Assembly: GCF_036321535.1 (NCBI RefSeq)
Contig: NC_087437.1
Location: 41,232,001 to 41,296,000 of the forward strand
DNA length: 64,000 bases
Reading direction: 5' to 3'
DNA from: Camelus dromedarius
Lineage: Eukaryota
Part shown: in pieces, positions 10,800 through 23,003 of the stretch
How the letters are laid out: each line of letters opens with the position of its first letter
Position numbering within the stretch: position 1 is the first letter of the stretch
Notes under the pieces: generated by a model
Databases searched by the model: none
What the model saw: only the letters and a program-made list of their open reading frames with translations
What the model was told of the DNA's origin: nothing
Made by a program: the position numbers and the translations under genes

Positions 10800-10985
10800 T
10801 CAGCTGGATTCAAATCCCAGCCGCATAACTTTAGGCAAGTCCCTTAACCTTCTAGGCCTCAGTTTCCTCATCTGAAAAATGGCAATAATAATAATAATAT
10901 AACTCACAGTATTGCAGGGAGGATTAAAAGAGATAATGTGTACAAAGAGCTTGACAGTACCAGGCACAGAACAGGCACCAGCAGA
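10800..10985 (+). mobile_element. MIR SINE
   Basis: ttaggcaagtcccttaaccttctaggcctcagtttcctcatctgaaaaatgg is a well-preserved MIR core. Confidence 0.85.
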
Positions 10986-11389
10986 TGCTGGCTAAAATTA
11001 TGCATGGGTCTGTCTTGTGATTAATTTTAAATGTCTCATCATCGTATTTCCAGTGCCTGGAGTGGGGCCGATCCTGTAGATGAGGTGACACGTTTGTGGA
11101 TGAACATCAGTAGGTGATGGAGGCATGTCTCCTGGAAGCTGGGAAGAGAGGACAGGTTTGGTGCTGTTGCCGGTCCCTTTCCTTCTCATATAGCTCAGCT
11201 TTCCCTGTGTAGCTACTCTGATTCCAATAGTGCTTCCTTCACTTTCAACTCCCATTCTGCTCCCTTTCTTTCCTCCTCACTCAAGAAAGAGCACAAAGAA
11301 GACATTAAATCAGTAATCCAATATGGGGCCAGGCACAGCCTGCATCCATATTTCAACTTTCAAGAAACTGACAGATGGGGCTGAAGTGT

Positions 11390-11770
11390 TACCACACAAA
11401 GAGCCCTGGACTGGAGTTCCACAGGCCTGGGTCTGCCCCTGACCAGGTGGTTCATTGAGGGCAAATGACGTAACCCATCAGGGCCCTAGTTTCTCCATCT
11501 GCAACATGTGGGGAGACTGAGCTCAATGGTTGGAGGTGGGGGGCAGTACATATCATTGTTAACACCTCCCCTTCCACCCCAAGGAAAATTAGTTTTTACA
11601 GTGACTGAGTGGGGAGAGTAGTACTGTTGGTATTTAGTGCCCAGGGACCAGCCATACTAACCTCCTGCAGAGCCTGGGTCAAGCTCACTCAAAGGAGAAG
11701 TGGCAACAGCACCCTCTGTTGATTAACACTGAATGACCTCCAGGGTTGTCTGTCCCATTAAGAGTATGAT
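11390..11770 (+). mobile_element. MIR fragment with an inserted MER20-like hAT element (~11540-11731)
   Basis: MIR core gggcaaatgacgtaacc..tagtttctccatctgcaacatg, then MER20-like tactgttggtatttagtg..gggaccag...ttaacactg. Confidence 0.5.
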
Positions 11771-13356
11771 GCTGTAATGATGACTTAACAAAGGAATCCG
11801 AAACTTCTCATTGGGAATAGAAAGTCTTTAAAGTAAGGGCCTCAAACCAGACCTTAAACATTAGCCATTTCTCTGCTATAGCACTGAAGGAGGGCAGGGG
11901 AACCACAGATAAACACAGAAGGTCTAGCTGATATGACCGCTGAAATTCCTTCAATGGTGCCATGCAGCCAGGGAAGGGGAACGCCTAGGTATGTCTTGCA
12001 GGGACCTTTAAGAACTGAGCCACACCACCTTGGTAGGGGCCAACCTGCTCTTATCGTGTGGTCCTTGACACTAAACTGTTTGTGTTCTCCAAAACTATTG
12101 TATTGTTTCTTGCCTCTCTGATATTGTTTTCTTGGCCAAGGATGCCCTTCATGCCAGACTCTGCAGTAAACTTACTCACTTTCTAGATTCAACTCAACCA
12201 TCACCTCCTGTGAAGCCTCACTGTCAATCGCTCCTGGCCTCTGTGCTGCTAATGAGCATGTCCTTGTTTCTACTGTGGCATTGAGCCCAAAGGACCAGGG
12301 CTCACCCTTTCCCTCTGTTTTTCCTTGCCTCTCTCTCGTGCTTCCCCTCTGGTTTCATGTGCAGCAGAATCTTTTCCCACCCAGAATCTTAAATAGAATC
12401 TTCCTGGCTCAGGCAGGGACTTGACCAGCCAAATCTCGTCCCAAATCTCACTCTTCCCCTGTGGGAGTCCCTGAGGCACCTCTGCCAGCACACAGTTTGA
12501 GAGATGTTACACTACATTTTTAACTCCTTAAGCAACAGGACTCTTTTTTGAGTGAAGAATTTGTTACAAGGACATGTCAATACTTAGTTCTTTCCATCAG
12601 CAGCCAGGGAGCGAATAGGATGTAGGGATACACTTTACATTTCACATGTAAACGGCATTGGGCACTGGGCAGTTCTTGGTTTGAATTAAATATAAATGTC
12701 TGTGACTTTCGTGAACTTCAGGTAGATGATTGTTTTTGTTTTAGTAACTGCCATAATGTCATTGAAGGCAACACTGGGAAAAAAAATAACCTACTTCTCC
12801 AATTTATATTTCACTTCCAACCTGAAGTAACGGTTCTCAATGTGTCTGACAGATGACTGAATAATACACCTTGGGGATGGCAGTCGGGCTTAAATGAGAT
12901 CCTGGAGGTGGAACAATTAGCAGCCTCAGCTCAGTCCCAGGCAAGGGCGTCCTGTGTTCTGGAACAGGAAGGCTGCTGAGCTGTCAGCCTTTGATGGGGG
13001 AGGACCGCAAAGGAGGCTGCCCAGCGTGAGTTGCCTTTTACATCACTGGAGAATGCCAAACCAAATTAGGATCCAGATGAGGGCAGATTTTGACGGAATG
13101 GCTAGCAATCAGCTGACCTAAAGATCACCAAAAACCTGAGGCACAGTCATTGTTAAGACAGTGATTAAAGAGGCAACTTCATAAAGTCACAAATAAATTG
13201 AGTAGGAAAAGCCTCTAAGGTGTCTAATCCAATCACCTTCTTTTAGAGACGAGGCCAAAACCTCACAAGGAGGATCTAAACCCAGGACCCTTTCTCATCT
13301 ATTCCACTCCTGCCATCCAGCTCCAAATTGGAAATTCTCATCATCAAAATTTAAAC

Positions 13357-13431
13357 TTTATTTATTGATTGATATATATTTGATTTACAATGTTGTGTTA
13401 GTTTCTACTGAACAGCATAGTGATTCAATTT

Positions 13432-13468
<37 letters not shown>

Positions 13469-13489
13469 AGGTATGTGTGTGTGTATGTG

Positions 13490-13542
<53 letters not shown>

Positions 13543-14358
13543 TTTTTCATTATAGGTAATCACAATCTATTGCATATAGTTCCCTGTGCTATACAGTAGG
13601 ACCTTGTTGTTTATCTGTTTTGTATATAGTAGTATCTGCAAATCTCAAACTCCCAATTTATCCATCCCGACCCCTTTTCCCTTTGGTAACCATAAGTTTG
13701 TTTTCTATGCCTGTGAGTCTGTTTCTGTTTTGTAAATAAGTTCATTTGTGTCATTTTTTTACATTCCACATATAAGTGATATCATATGATATTTGTCTTT
13801 CCCTTTTTGACTTACTTCACTTAGTATGATCATCTCTAGGTCCATCTGTGTTGCAAAAAATGGCACTGACTTATTCTTTTTTATGGCTGAGTAGTATTCC
13901 ATTGTGTGTTTGTGGAGATTATATATATATATATATCCATCCCACTTCTTTATCCAGTCATCTGTCGATGGACATTTAGGTTGCTTCCATGTCTTGGCTA
14001 TTGTAAACAGTGCTGTTATGAATATTGCAGTGAATGTGTATTTTTGAATTAGAGTTTTCTCTGGATATATGCCCAAGAGTGGGATTGTTGGATCATAGGA
14101 TAAGTCAGTCTATTTTTAGTTTTTTAAAGAATCTCTATACTGTTTTCCATAATAGCTGCATCAAACTACCTTCCCACCAACAGTGTAGGGGGTTCTCTTT
14201 TCTCCACAGCCTCTCCAGCATTTACTGTTTATGGACTTTTTAATGATGGCCATTCTGACTGGTGTGAGGCGAGGTGAAGTCATTGTAGTTTTGATTTGCA
14301 TTTCTTGGATAATTAGTGATGTTAAGCAACTGTTCATGTGCCTAGAGGCCACTTGTAT
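13357..14358 (-). mobile_element. 5'-truncated L1 (cetartiodactyl/camelid-type 3' UTR plus ORF2 C-terminus), degraded
   Basis: ORFs 13759..14076 (GIYPEKT..ALFTIAKTWKQPKCPSTDDWIKK) and 14161..14376 ([27 protein letters not shown]) are L1 ORF2 C-terminal peptides. The 3' UTR carries atatagttccctgtgctatacagtaggaccttgttg. Confidence 0.92.
13432..13539 (+). repeat. Compound (TA)n(TG)n(TA)n microsatellite inside the L1 3' UTR
   Basis: Seen directly. Confidence 0.95.
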
Positions 14359-14848
14359 AAACAATTTTTTAAACAAATCTTTTCATATTTTACTTTACCT
14401 GAATTAAACATGAACCATTCATCTTTGTTTCACAGGGCAACAGGAAGGATTTATTATTACAAGAGAATTTTGGAGTGAAAATTCAATCCTATTCCTAATT
14501 TTAATTTATTTCCATTTATAGGAGAAATTAACAATATAATCATAGAATCTACTTAACTTGGATCTAAAATACATATTCAACCAAGGACTAAAAATTAAGT
14601 TATTGGGGAAAATCAACTTTAAAGGAGACAAAGAGTTAAAACTTTTTATCCACAAAAATTAGGAAAAAACATCTTTTCAGATTGCAGTTGCTGAGTCATT
14701 TCAATGAAGCAATTTTTTTTCTACTGAAATCACCAACAATAACAAAAACAGATTATAAACTGAAAAATGAAATTTGTGTTCCAGTAGGACCCAAAGCCTC
14801 AATCATGTCCTCAAGTATAAAAAGACCCTCCAAAAGAAAAGAGGAAGT

Positions 14849-15052
14849 GGGGTTAGGGTATAGGTCAGCAGCAGAGTGCATGCTTAGCATGCACAAAATC
14901 CTGGGTTTAACCCCCAGCACCTCCATTAAATTTTGTAATAAACAAACAAACAAAACCTAATTACCTGCTTCCCCCCAAAAAACAAAGAACAAACAAACAA
15001 AAAACAATAAGAAAATACCCAAAAACAAAGAAACTGCTTAAAAAAAAAAAAA
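14849..15052 (+). mobile_element. tRNA-derived SINE, camelid Vic-1-like (longer form with aacctaattacc in the tail)
   Basis: ggggttagggtataggtcagcagcagagtgcatgcttagcatgcacaaaatcctgggtttaacccccagcacctcc plus an A-rich tail. Confidence 0.85.
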
Positions 15053-15212
15053 GATGAAAAAATCAAATCAGGGAGAGCCGGGGTGCACTAGGCTGGTGTG
15101 AAACCGAGTTCCCCTAAAACCAAGTTCCTCTGTTGAGTTTATAAATTAACCTCTCTATCCAAAACTTTATTCCCTTTCTGTCCCTGCACCTATTCCTCTC
15201 CAGACAGAGGAG

Positions 15213-15806
15213 TATCGAAAAAAGCGGGGATTGAAACCCAGCAGGACTCTACAGGGCCTTCCTGGGTACAAAAGCTCCTGTGTGTCTCCCACTTCTTGTT
15301 TGTATAAAAAGGCTTTAGTTTCCTAGGCTTCCCCCAAGTTCCAAAGAGCATGCTCAAGCAGTCAACGGTGAGTACAATCCAGCCTCAGGACACCTGGTTC
15401 TTCCTGAAGGGACGTAGATAACTATCTGACGCTTATCTTTGAGTTGGTCTGCAGAAACTGATCCCCACCAGGTGGAGGATGGTGACTACATTCTGACCAC
15501 AAGTGTGTAGATCCCAGACTAGTTGGAACCAGAAAGTTGAGATTCCCGATACATCACCTAGTTACCTCGCCACAAATCAAGCAGAAGGCAGCCCACGAGC
15601 TGACCCCGCATCCTACGACCCTCTCCTCTAACACTGTCTTTAAAACCCTTGCCTGAAAGCCATCGGGGAGTTTGGGTCCTCTCAACACAAACCAGCTGTC
15701 TTCCTTGCTTGGCTCTTGCAATAAACCTTTCTCTGCCCCAAGCTCCAATGTTCTGGTTTGTTTGGCCTCACTGTGCGTCAGCCACGTGACCGTGGGTTCA
15801 ACAACA
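15213..15806 (+). mobile_element. ERV1-type solo LTR
   Basis: TATA-like ctttaaaa at ~15639 and AATAAA at 15720; ends ...ttcaacaaca; imperfect 4-bp target duplication (ggag/agag). Resembles cetartiodactyl ERV1 LTRs. Confidence 0.7.
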
Positions 15807-15966
15807 AGAGGACGCAGTCTCTCCCGGGGCTTGGACAGACTTACAAACCCACTCTGCTCCCCTTCTTTTCTTTCACCTTTTGTTTGAGGCAAAGAACTGT
15901 GCTGACTCTTTTTCCATACAAAATAATCCACATCGCGGTGAAATCTAAACCACTCAAGGGTTATTG

Positions 15967-16338
15967 CACCTCAGCTTTCTATACCCGCAGGTTCCACATC
16001 CACGTATGCAAACAACTGTAGATAGAAAATATTTGAGAAAATATTCTGAAAAGTTCCAAAAAGTAAAACTTGGGTGTATGCTCCTGCCAGCAACTATTTA
16101 CACAGCATTCACATTGTATTTACAACTATTTACATCATGTAGTATTCGTATTGCATTAGGTATTGTAAGTTATCTAGAGGTGATTTAAACTTTACAGGAG
16201 AATGTGCATAGGTTACATACAAATACTCTGCTATTTTACATACGGGACTTGAGCATCACAGATTTTGCTATCCAAGGCAGGTCCTGGAAGCCATACCCAC
16301 CCCCAACCCCTGCCCCGCTGCAGACACAGGGGTGACTG
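15967..16338 (-). mobile_element. MER2B/Tigger3-like DNA transposon
   Basis: aagttccaaaaagtaaaactt, attaggtattgtaagttatctagaggtgatttaaa and gggacttgagcatc..gatttt are reverse MER2-family blocks. Confidence 0.8.
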
Positions 16339-16754
16339 CACCCCTTTACCTCCTCCCTAAAATAAATACAAGAGAAAAACAGCTGTTTTGTCTGAAATGG
16401 CCATGCAAGCCTGGGCTCTGCTATTGCTGTTCTTTCCTACAGCAAGATGGCCTTAGAGCTGCTAGCTTGAGGCAAGCCTGGAAGAGAGAATTTTTTCATA
16501 TCTAGGTCACCGAAATACCTTTGTTTCCAGCAGAGCAAACTGGGGTTGTGAAAAATGCAGACACTCCCCCGACTCCCACCAGGTCTCCTTGTCCAAGGAC
16601 TCACACAGGTAGAGTGTTTTTACCTCTTCGCGCTTAGCTTAGATTTGATCTCGCCTTTATTGGGGAAGACTTCTTAAATTTCCTAATTGCAGACAAGTGC
16701 CCTTACCTTTGTGTTTTCACAGCATCCTACACTAACTTCCTGATCGTATCCAAT

Positions 16755-18690
16755 ACTGTGATTTTCAAAATGTGTACCATAAGAACCATGAAAATGGATC
16801 AAATGAAATGGGGGAAAAAAATCACAGCATGGAATATGTAGTAAGCTGTTGTTTCCAGATCCAATGTTGCGGTCACATCCATCTATCCATCACCTATCTA
16901 CCACTGATCCTGAAGTGCACCCTCTTCTTTCAAGACCAGAGTCCCTGACAGCTCTCAGCCTAGGCCCTCTCTGGGAACTGTCCTCAGCCCAAGGTCACGC
17001 TTCCTCCTGGAGACAGCCAAATTCAATGGCTGGTTGACACAGGAGTATAAAGGCTCAGTTGCTTTAGTCTTAAAGTCAAGCAACCCTGAGGAGCCCGCTC
17101 AGCCCCTGACCTCTCTCCGGGATGGCCGAGGTCTTTGCTGAGTCTGTAGTGCAGTTAAACTCCTTCTTCTGCACAATGCTACTTTCTTCACAGGGGTAGA
17201 TCCTAAGAGCACTCCACAGTAAAATTCCTACCTATAAATCTCCAACTGTTTCTGGGGAAACCCCACCTAAGACAGTTGGTACCAGGAATGGCCTGAGGAG
17301 ACAGGCTCTCTGAGTAGCTGTCAATGAGACTCCTGACACTGGTGGCAGGTGGCTCACTGATAGCCTCTGGCACGCCATCGCAGTGTCACTGTCAACATGT
17401 TCCCTAGCGGGGAACTGGAGTAGGATACAGGTGCCAGGGAACACACTGGTGAGTCCAATATTTCTGACTTTTGAGTGGTCTTGAGGAAACAGTAGTTTAA
17501 AAAAATAGAATCAGATGGCTTTTGCTGTGAGCCACTGATGTAGTAAAGAAAGACAATGAAAAGCTAAGGTGATTGATCATCAAATGAAGGCAATGTATGA
17601 AAATCACAAGGGAAGCCAGGTCAGAATCTAAGATCTGTTCAGTATCTGTAAGCAAGATGGGGAGACCACTTCTGTGGGCTCAGAGGATTCCGGGGATCAG
17701 CGGTTTCACGCTTGCAAGTGCATGAAGTCTCCATTCCAAGTTTCAGAGTCTCATTCCCTCCCAATCAGGCTTGAATTGTGGATTCAACTTTTTCTTCTAC
17801 CTTAATAATTAATTCCTGGATCTGGTCCTCAGCTTCTTCTACCCTCAGGCTGCACTAGAGTCTTTTGATGTGCTACCTTTTTTTTTCAAGCCCGAGAAAA
17901 GGCATGGTGAGTAGGAGCTCAGAATTCTCAGGAATGAATATGTGGGTCACTCCAGCAAGCCTGCCATATAGACCAGCAAAGATGCTAATCGGGGTCGGGG
18001 AAGGGGGATTAAAATGGTAGAGGAGGTATGACCATTAGACAATATGTAACGATGGGGCTTCTTCTTACAACTTGGCTCAGAGGAAAAAACACCAGCCAGA
18101 ATCCTAGAGGAGCTGTTTCCAGAACTTATTTTTCAAAGCAAATGGATCCAAGCACCATAAGGAATTGACTGTAGTGGATGATGTGGTGTGCTACTCAGAC
18201 CACACCTTCAGGACTGAGGTATCCTGAGTCTTTCTCCAGGAACTGCCCTTACTCAAAGAGAGCAGTTGGACCCAAGGTCATGCTCCCTGCTTAAGGTATT
18301 GCCCCTTACCTGGAGGTGGTGAGCATTCAATGACTGGTTTATGTAGGAATATAAAATCCTATAGCACTTATGTCAAAATGGAAAAACTCTGAAGGGCCAT
18401 CTCAGCTCCAGAGCTCCTTTTTGGGGGATTGCCGGGGGCTTTGTTGCAATCAACTCCTTCCTCTGCCCAAATCTGTCCTCACCCATAGAGTTGATACTAA
18501 GAGTACACACCAAAACACTTCCGACAAACAAATCTCGGTCCTCAGAATCTGTTTCCTAGGGAATTCAGTCAAAGACTCTACCTAACTATTTACCTAGCTA
18601 GCTAGCTATCTACCTATCTATCTGTGTTCTCAGTATTAATGTAAAATTATATTTCTTACTGGATCTTGGGGTGAAAGTTTTTAGAAAAGT
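16755..18690 (+). mobile_element. hAT-Charlie-like DNA transposon split by the ERVL insertion (left part ~16755-16860, right part ~18620-18690)
   Basis: Left: tgtgattttcaaaatgtg...atgtagtaagc. Right: atgtaaaattatatttcttactg..aaagtttttagaaa. Confidence 0.4.
16905..18577 (+). mobile_element. Two-LTR ERVL provirus remnant (LTR16C-like LTRs at ~16905-17273 and ~18170-18577; ERV3-16A3-type internal region, mostly deleted)
   Basis: Both LTRs share gaactg(t/c)cct..cccaaggtca(c/t)gc...attcaatg(g/a)ctggtt..tataaa...aactccttc(t/c)tctgc...aagag(c/t)ac..tgttt(c)..aagac. The 5' LTR is followed by gttggtaccagga and gag-like sequence; the 3' LTR starts tgtagtggatg after gcaaatggatc..gac. Confidence 0.8.
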
Positions 18691-18691
18691 T

Positions 18692-19172
18692 CTGACCTAA
18701 AGGATGAATAGAATAAACTAGGTCAAGCACTGGGAAGTATATTCCAGATAAAGGGAACAGCATGTTCAAAGGTCCTGTGGTGTGGTTATTTGAGCATCTG
18801 AATAACTGAAAGCAGGTCAGTATGGCCGGAGTAGAGAATACATGTCTAGTGAGTCCATGCAGGGCCTTGCAGGTCATTTTGAGGAGTTCTATCTTTATCT
18901 AAGGCCAATTGGCAGCCACTGAAGGGTTTGAAGCAAGGTTGTAGGGTCATCATTGCATTTTGAAAAGATCGCTCTGGAGGCAGGGCAGAGAATGGAGGAA
19001 ACTAGAAAAGATGATGAAAGAATAACACTTACAATGCTGCTTGGTAATTCATTTGAGAGATATGGCAACCTGGACTGGGATGGAAATAATGGAGAGGGTG
19101 AGAGGTGGTGAGAGGTAGCGAGAATTCAGAGATTTTCAGGAAGTCAAATCAACAAGACTTGGGAATGGATGG
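18692..19172 (-). mobile_element. L2 fragment
   Basis: attccagataaagggaacagcatgttcaaaggtcctg...gcagggccttgcaggtcat...gagccactgaagggttt-like...ttttgaaaagatcgctctgg. Confidence 0.8.
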
Positions 19173-19342
19173 ATATATATTTACCCCATGTTATCCAGAG
19201 TCCTTGATACAGCAGGGATTCATTAAGATCTATTAAATAACAAACTGAATAAAATAGTGACGTCTGCGGGTTGTATTCAGGTTCTTGGTCAATACCATCC
19301 CTATGTCCACATGACTTTCTTCCATCCTCCCCATCCCCCGCC

Positions 19343-19343
<1 letters not shown>

Positions 19344-19389
<46 letters not shown>
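19344..19389 (+). repeat. (AC)23 microsatellite
   Basis: Seen directly. Confidence 0.97.
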
Positions 19390-19391
<2 letters not shown>

Positions 19392-21939
19392 CTATCCAGC
19401 CACAAAGTGCACAGATACAGATGCGGTGGAGTTGTAAGCAGAAATTACAATCATTTCACCCATAAATAAATTAGAAGATGATTTTAAGTGGATGAAGTTC
19501 CTTTATGCTCTATAGAGAGGCCAATTTACTTCCCTTCTGCATAGATCAGAGAGAAACTAGAGACTGGTTTTAGCTTTCCCTCTGAGAGTGAAGGTGAAAA
19601 CTCTGATTTTCCACTCAAAGTTAAGATTAAAGCAGAGTTAAGATATCTATCTGAACGTCTTTAGGAATGCTACCCTTCTTTGACACAGCATGTCTTGAAG
19701 CAAAGAGGTGGACAAGACAATGAAAAGACTCCATAAATCTCTATGATCAAGGAACAAGAATGTTCACAGAAGATGGCTGGCACAGTGTCTACTCCTCGGG
19801 TTTCCCCAGGTTAATGGGGCCTCTGTTTTTCCTTGGCCTGCATGTGCCATTCATCTGTAGCTTAAAAAATCTTCCTGCCCACATAGGCAGAGGTGTGATC
19901 CAGCCCTCACAGCTCCCAGACTGTGGCAAAGATAAAGCAAAGGACCATCACAGGACAGTTCCCAAGCAACAGCTCTCCCTCTCTCAGCATCACTCCCTGT
20001 GAATTCCTCTGCTTGGCACCTCTGAAAATGGATTGTTTTCAAGATTGTTCAGGGCTGGGCCAACTGAGAATTGAGGCTTGCTCACAGATACAGGGCCGGG
20101 AAGAAAAGACCATTGTTTCATTTTTCTTTGTTAGAAACTAGCATTCCCCTTCAGTCTTCAGGGCTGCCCGTTTGGCTCAGTTTAGAAAAATCAAAATGGA
20201 TGATTAAAGGGAAAAAATCAAATAGTCATAATTTTTAGCAGACAATAGTTAATGTATGCAGATTCCGTGGCAGGGAGCCTGATGCCTGTACCCAGGAAAG
20301 GCACGCACAGCTGAAGTGACAGCAGTGACAAGTAGACAGGCTGCGGGGTGACGAGAGCTCAAAAAAGTAGCAGAACCAGTCTCTTGGCCATGGCCTTAAG
20401 CCAAGAACACATTTCCCAATAACCTCCTCATCATTCAACCCCCCAAATGAGAACAAATCAGGAGGTCTTCCTGGCTCTCACCTAATTTATAGCACAGAAT
20501 TACCACAATCATTTGCAGCTTTTGTACATTAATTTCTGGGAGGACTAAGCCTTCTAGATGTGAGAGTTCAAAGGATGGAGACAGAATATTTGCAGGCAGC
20601 CAGCTCCTCAGCCTCCCAAATATTCTACCCTCCCCACCCAGCATGACAGCCGTCCCTATCCCCCGAGTGAGGGTGGCACATGGGGATCTATATGGCATTT
20701 AGAAGTCCTGTTTCCCGGACACCAGTCCAGGATGAGGTTTATACTCAACTTCAGTAAAAGGAGAAAAATAAGAACTTTGTGACAAATTTTTCCAGAAAGC
20801 CAGAAGTATTCAACTTAAGCAGGCTTCTTAAGATTTGGGGCATTAAAATGTTCATTAATTAAAAGTTCTCAATTTTTCAAAAGTAAAAGTAAACAACCCT
20901 ATGTTGGTTCCTAATACTTACTTTTGTTTTTTATTGGGGTGGCTGAGACTTGCATACTCCATGAAATCTGAGAGGCAAGCTCAGATGATTTAGAATAGAT
21001 GGGTATAGTATTGTAGAGAAGTCAGGAATCTCCTTAAGATACAAAGATGGGCTGATCTTGATACAGCCAGCAAGAAGTTAACTTTAACAGTGCATATAGC
21101 TCTTAACAGCTTACAATAAATAACCTATGTGAATTGTATGGGAACCAACTTTCCTCCTTAGTCCCTAACACATTTGGACCTTCAGTCCGTCAGACACATG
21201 ACTTCTAGAAAGGAACGCTCTTCAGGGGCCAGGACTCTGCCTTACGTCTGTTTAATCCGCTGACATTGCCAAGGATGGCATCTTGCAAAGAGTAGATGCT
21301 AAATCACACCAGGAGACATCAAGCTTCTAGACCCAGCGGACCTTGTAAGCTGCCTCCATTCACAGTGACCAGAAAGACTGCAGTGAGCCTGGCAGCTTAC
21401 CCTGGGAGAAGCTTGATAATTGGGGGAAATACCTACATAAGAGGGGCAGAAAGTTTTCCTCTTTAGAAAAAAGGGACTGCAAGAATGGCTCACGGTGTGG
21501 GAACTGGAGGTTCTGATGTAAGTGTTTTGCTCAAGAAGGTTTTGTTTTCGTTCTCTTTCCCTAGTGTGAACTAACACACTGGGCAGAGGAGTGACCCTGC
21601 AGGCCTGAGCAGACGTTGGCATTCTGCGTTTCAGAATCTCACAGCTTACCTGAGGAAAAGGTCAGGGAGAGAAAATATGGTGCAGACGCGGCCTTGCTAC
21701 AGTTCCTCCATCTCTGCCTCCCTTTTTCCCAAGAGAATGCGAACCGGAGGCAGGACAGATCCAACGGCTCTGGAGGAAGCTCAGCACGTTTTCTAAGATT
21801 TCCAATCAATAGCTCTCCTCTCTGGGCTATTTTACGAGGCAACTCTGTCTTCCCCTGAGGACCTCTGGCAGACCCTGTGCTCACTCCATCCCACCTCCCA
21901 GCTGCAGATTAAGAAGATATATTATGTCTTCCCTCCAGG

Positions 21940-22660
21940 CCTTGCGTAGGGTTGTCAATTACAGCCGGACATTGGCCCCTGTGGTTCAGGATTTACAACC
22001 ACGTGGCCGGGAGTGGGCGGGGTTGGCGCTGCACCACAAGGCACCATAGGCACGGGAACAGAAATAAATAATAATAATAAAAAGACAGCGCTGCATTTCA
22101 TTTCACCTAATTTATGGCTTTAATAGGAAGCCAGTCCACCCACAGCGCTGTCTGGGTCACTTAATAACAGAACGTCTGTGGCAGCAGCAAGAGCAGATCT
22201 GGAAGCTCCGAGCTGTGCAGGAAGAGAAAGGACCACACCAATGTGGAGAGGAAAACAAAGGCAAAGGACCGCAGTGTTCCCAGCTGTCATTCTTGGAGCG
22301 GCAGCAACACAAATAGGGTCCCATTTGACTCTTTATCAGGGCTGCTGATGAATAAACCCTCTCCCACAGTGTCCTCAAACCTCCAGAAGTTTTAATTAAA
22401 ACAAAAGAAATGTCAGTAGGAGCAGCACTGGAATATAATTAGGGCCCACCAAATCTGAAGTAATATGGGGGAAAAAAGACTAGTAATGAAAGGGAAGCTC
22501 TCATGTTCTTACGGAATCCCTGCTCTGCTGCTGACACAAAAATCAATTTCAATAGGCTTTAGCTGTATCTGAGCAGGAACACAGGCGACAGATGAAATTT
22601 AGTGAGCAATTTACTGGAGTCATAATGATTTCCACGAAAAAAAGACCACAATGAGAGCTC
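21940..22660. promoter_or_regulatory. Candidate intronic enhancer or alternative promoter
   Basis: Repeat-free with local CpG enrichment. ATTGG (CCAAT box, 21971), CACGTG E-box (22000) and GGGCGGGG GC box (~22015) lie within 55 bp, followed by homeodomain-type TAATTTATGG and TAAT motifs. Confidence 0.45.
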
Positions 22661-22824
22661 TCAACCAAATGCCTCCTCTGTAAGCACTCTGAGAATGTGT
22701 GTGTATAGACACAGATGTGTGTGTGTGTGTTGGGGGGGGAGTGGATTTTGAACAGTTATATATGATTTAGCCTTAAAAAAAAAATAAAACCCTCTTTATC
22801 TTACACCCTTTAAGGGACAAAATT

Positions 22825-23003
22825 TTAGCTCTGCCCCCAGGAGATACGTGGGGAAGCCTGGAGACATTTTTGATTGTCACCAGTGCCCAGGGCTGCTACC
22901 GATATTTAGTGGGTAGAGGCCAGGGATGGTACTAAACCTTCCCTTCCCGAACAAAGAATTATTGGGTCCCCGATGTCAACTGGCCCAAGACTGACAAACC
23001 CCC
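22825..23003 (+). mobile_element. MER20 hAT-Charlie DNA transposon
   Basis: ctggagacatttttgattgtcac...tagtgggtagaggccagggatg..taaac...acaaagaattat. Confidence 0.85.

Noticed and set aside
13759..14376. Functional L1 ORF2 (also 60603-62632)
   Set aside because: Both elements are 5'-truncated and full of frameshifts and stops.
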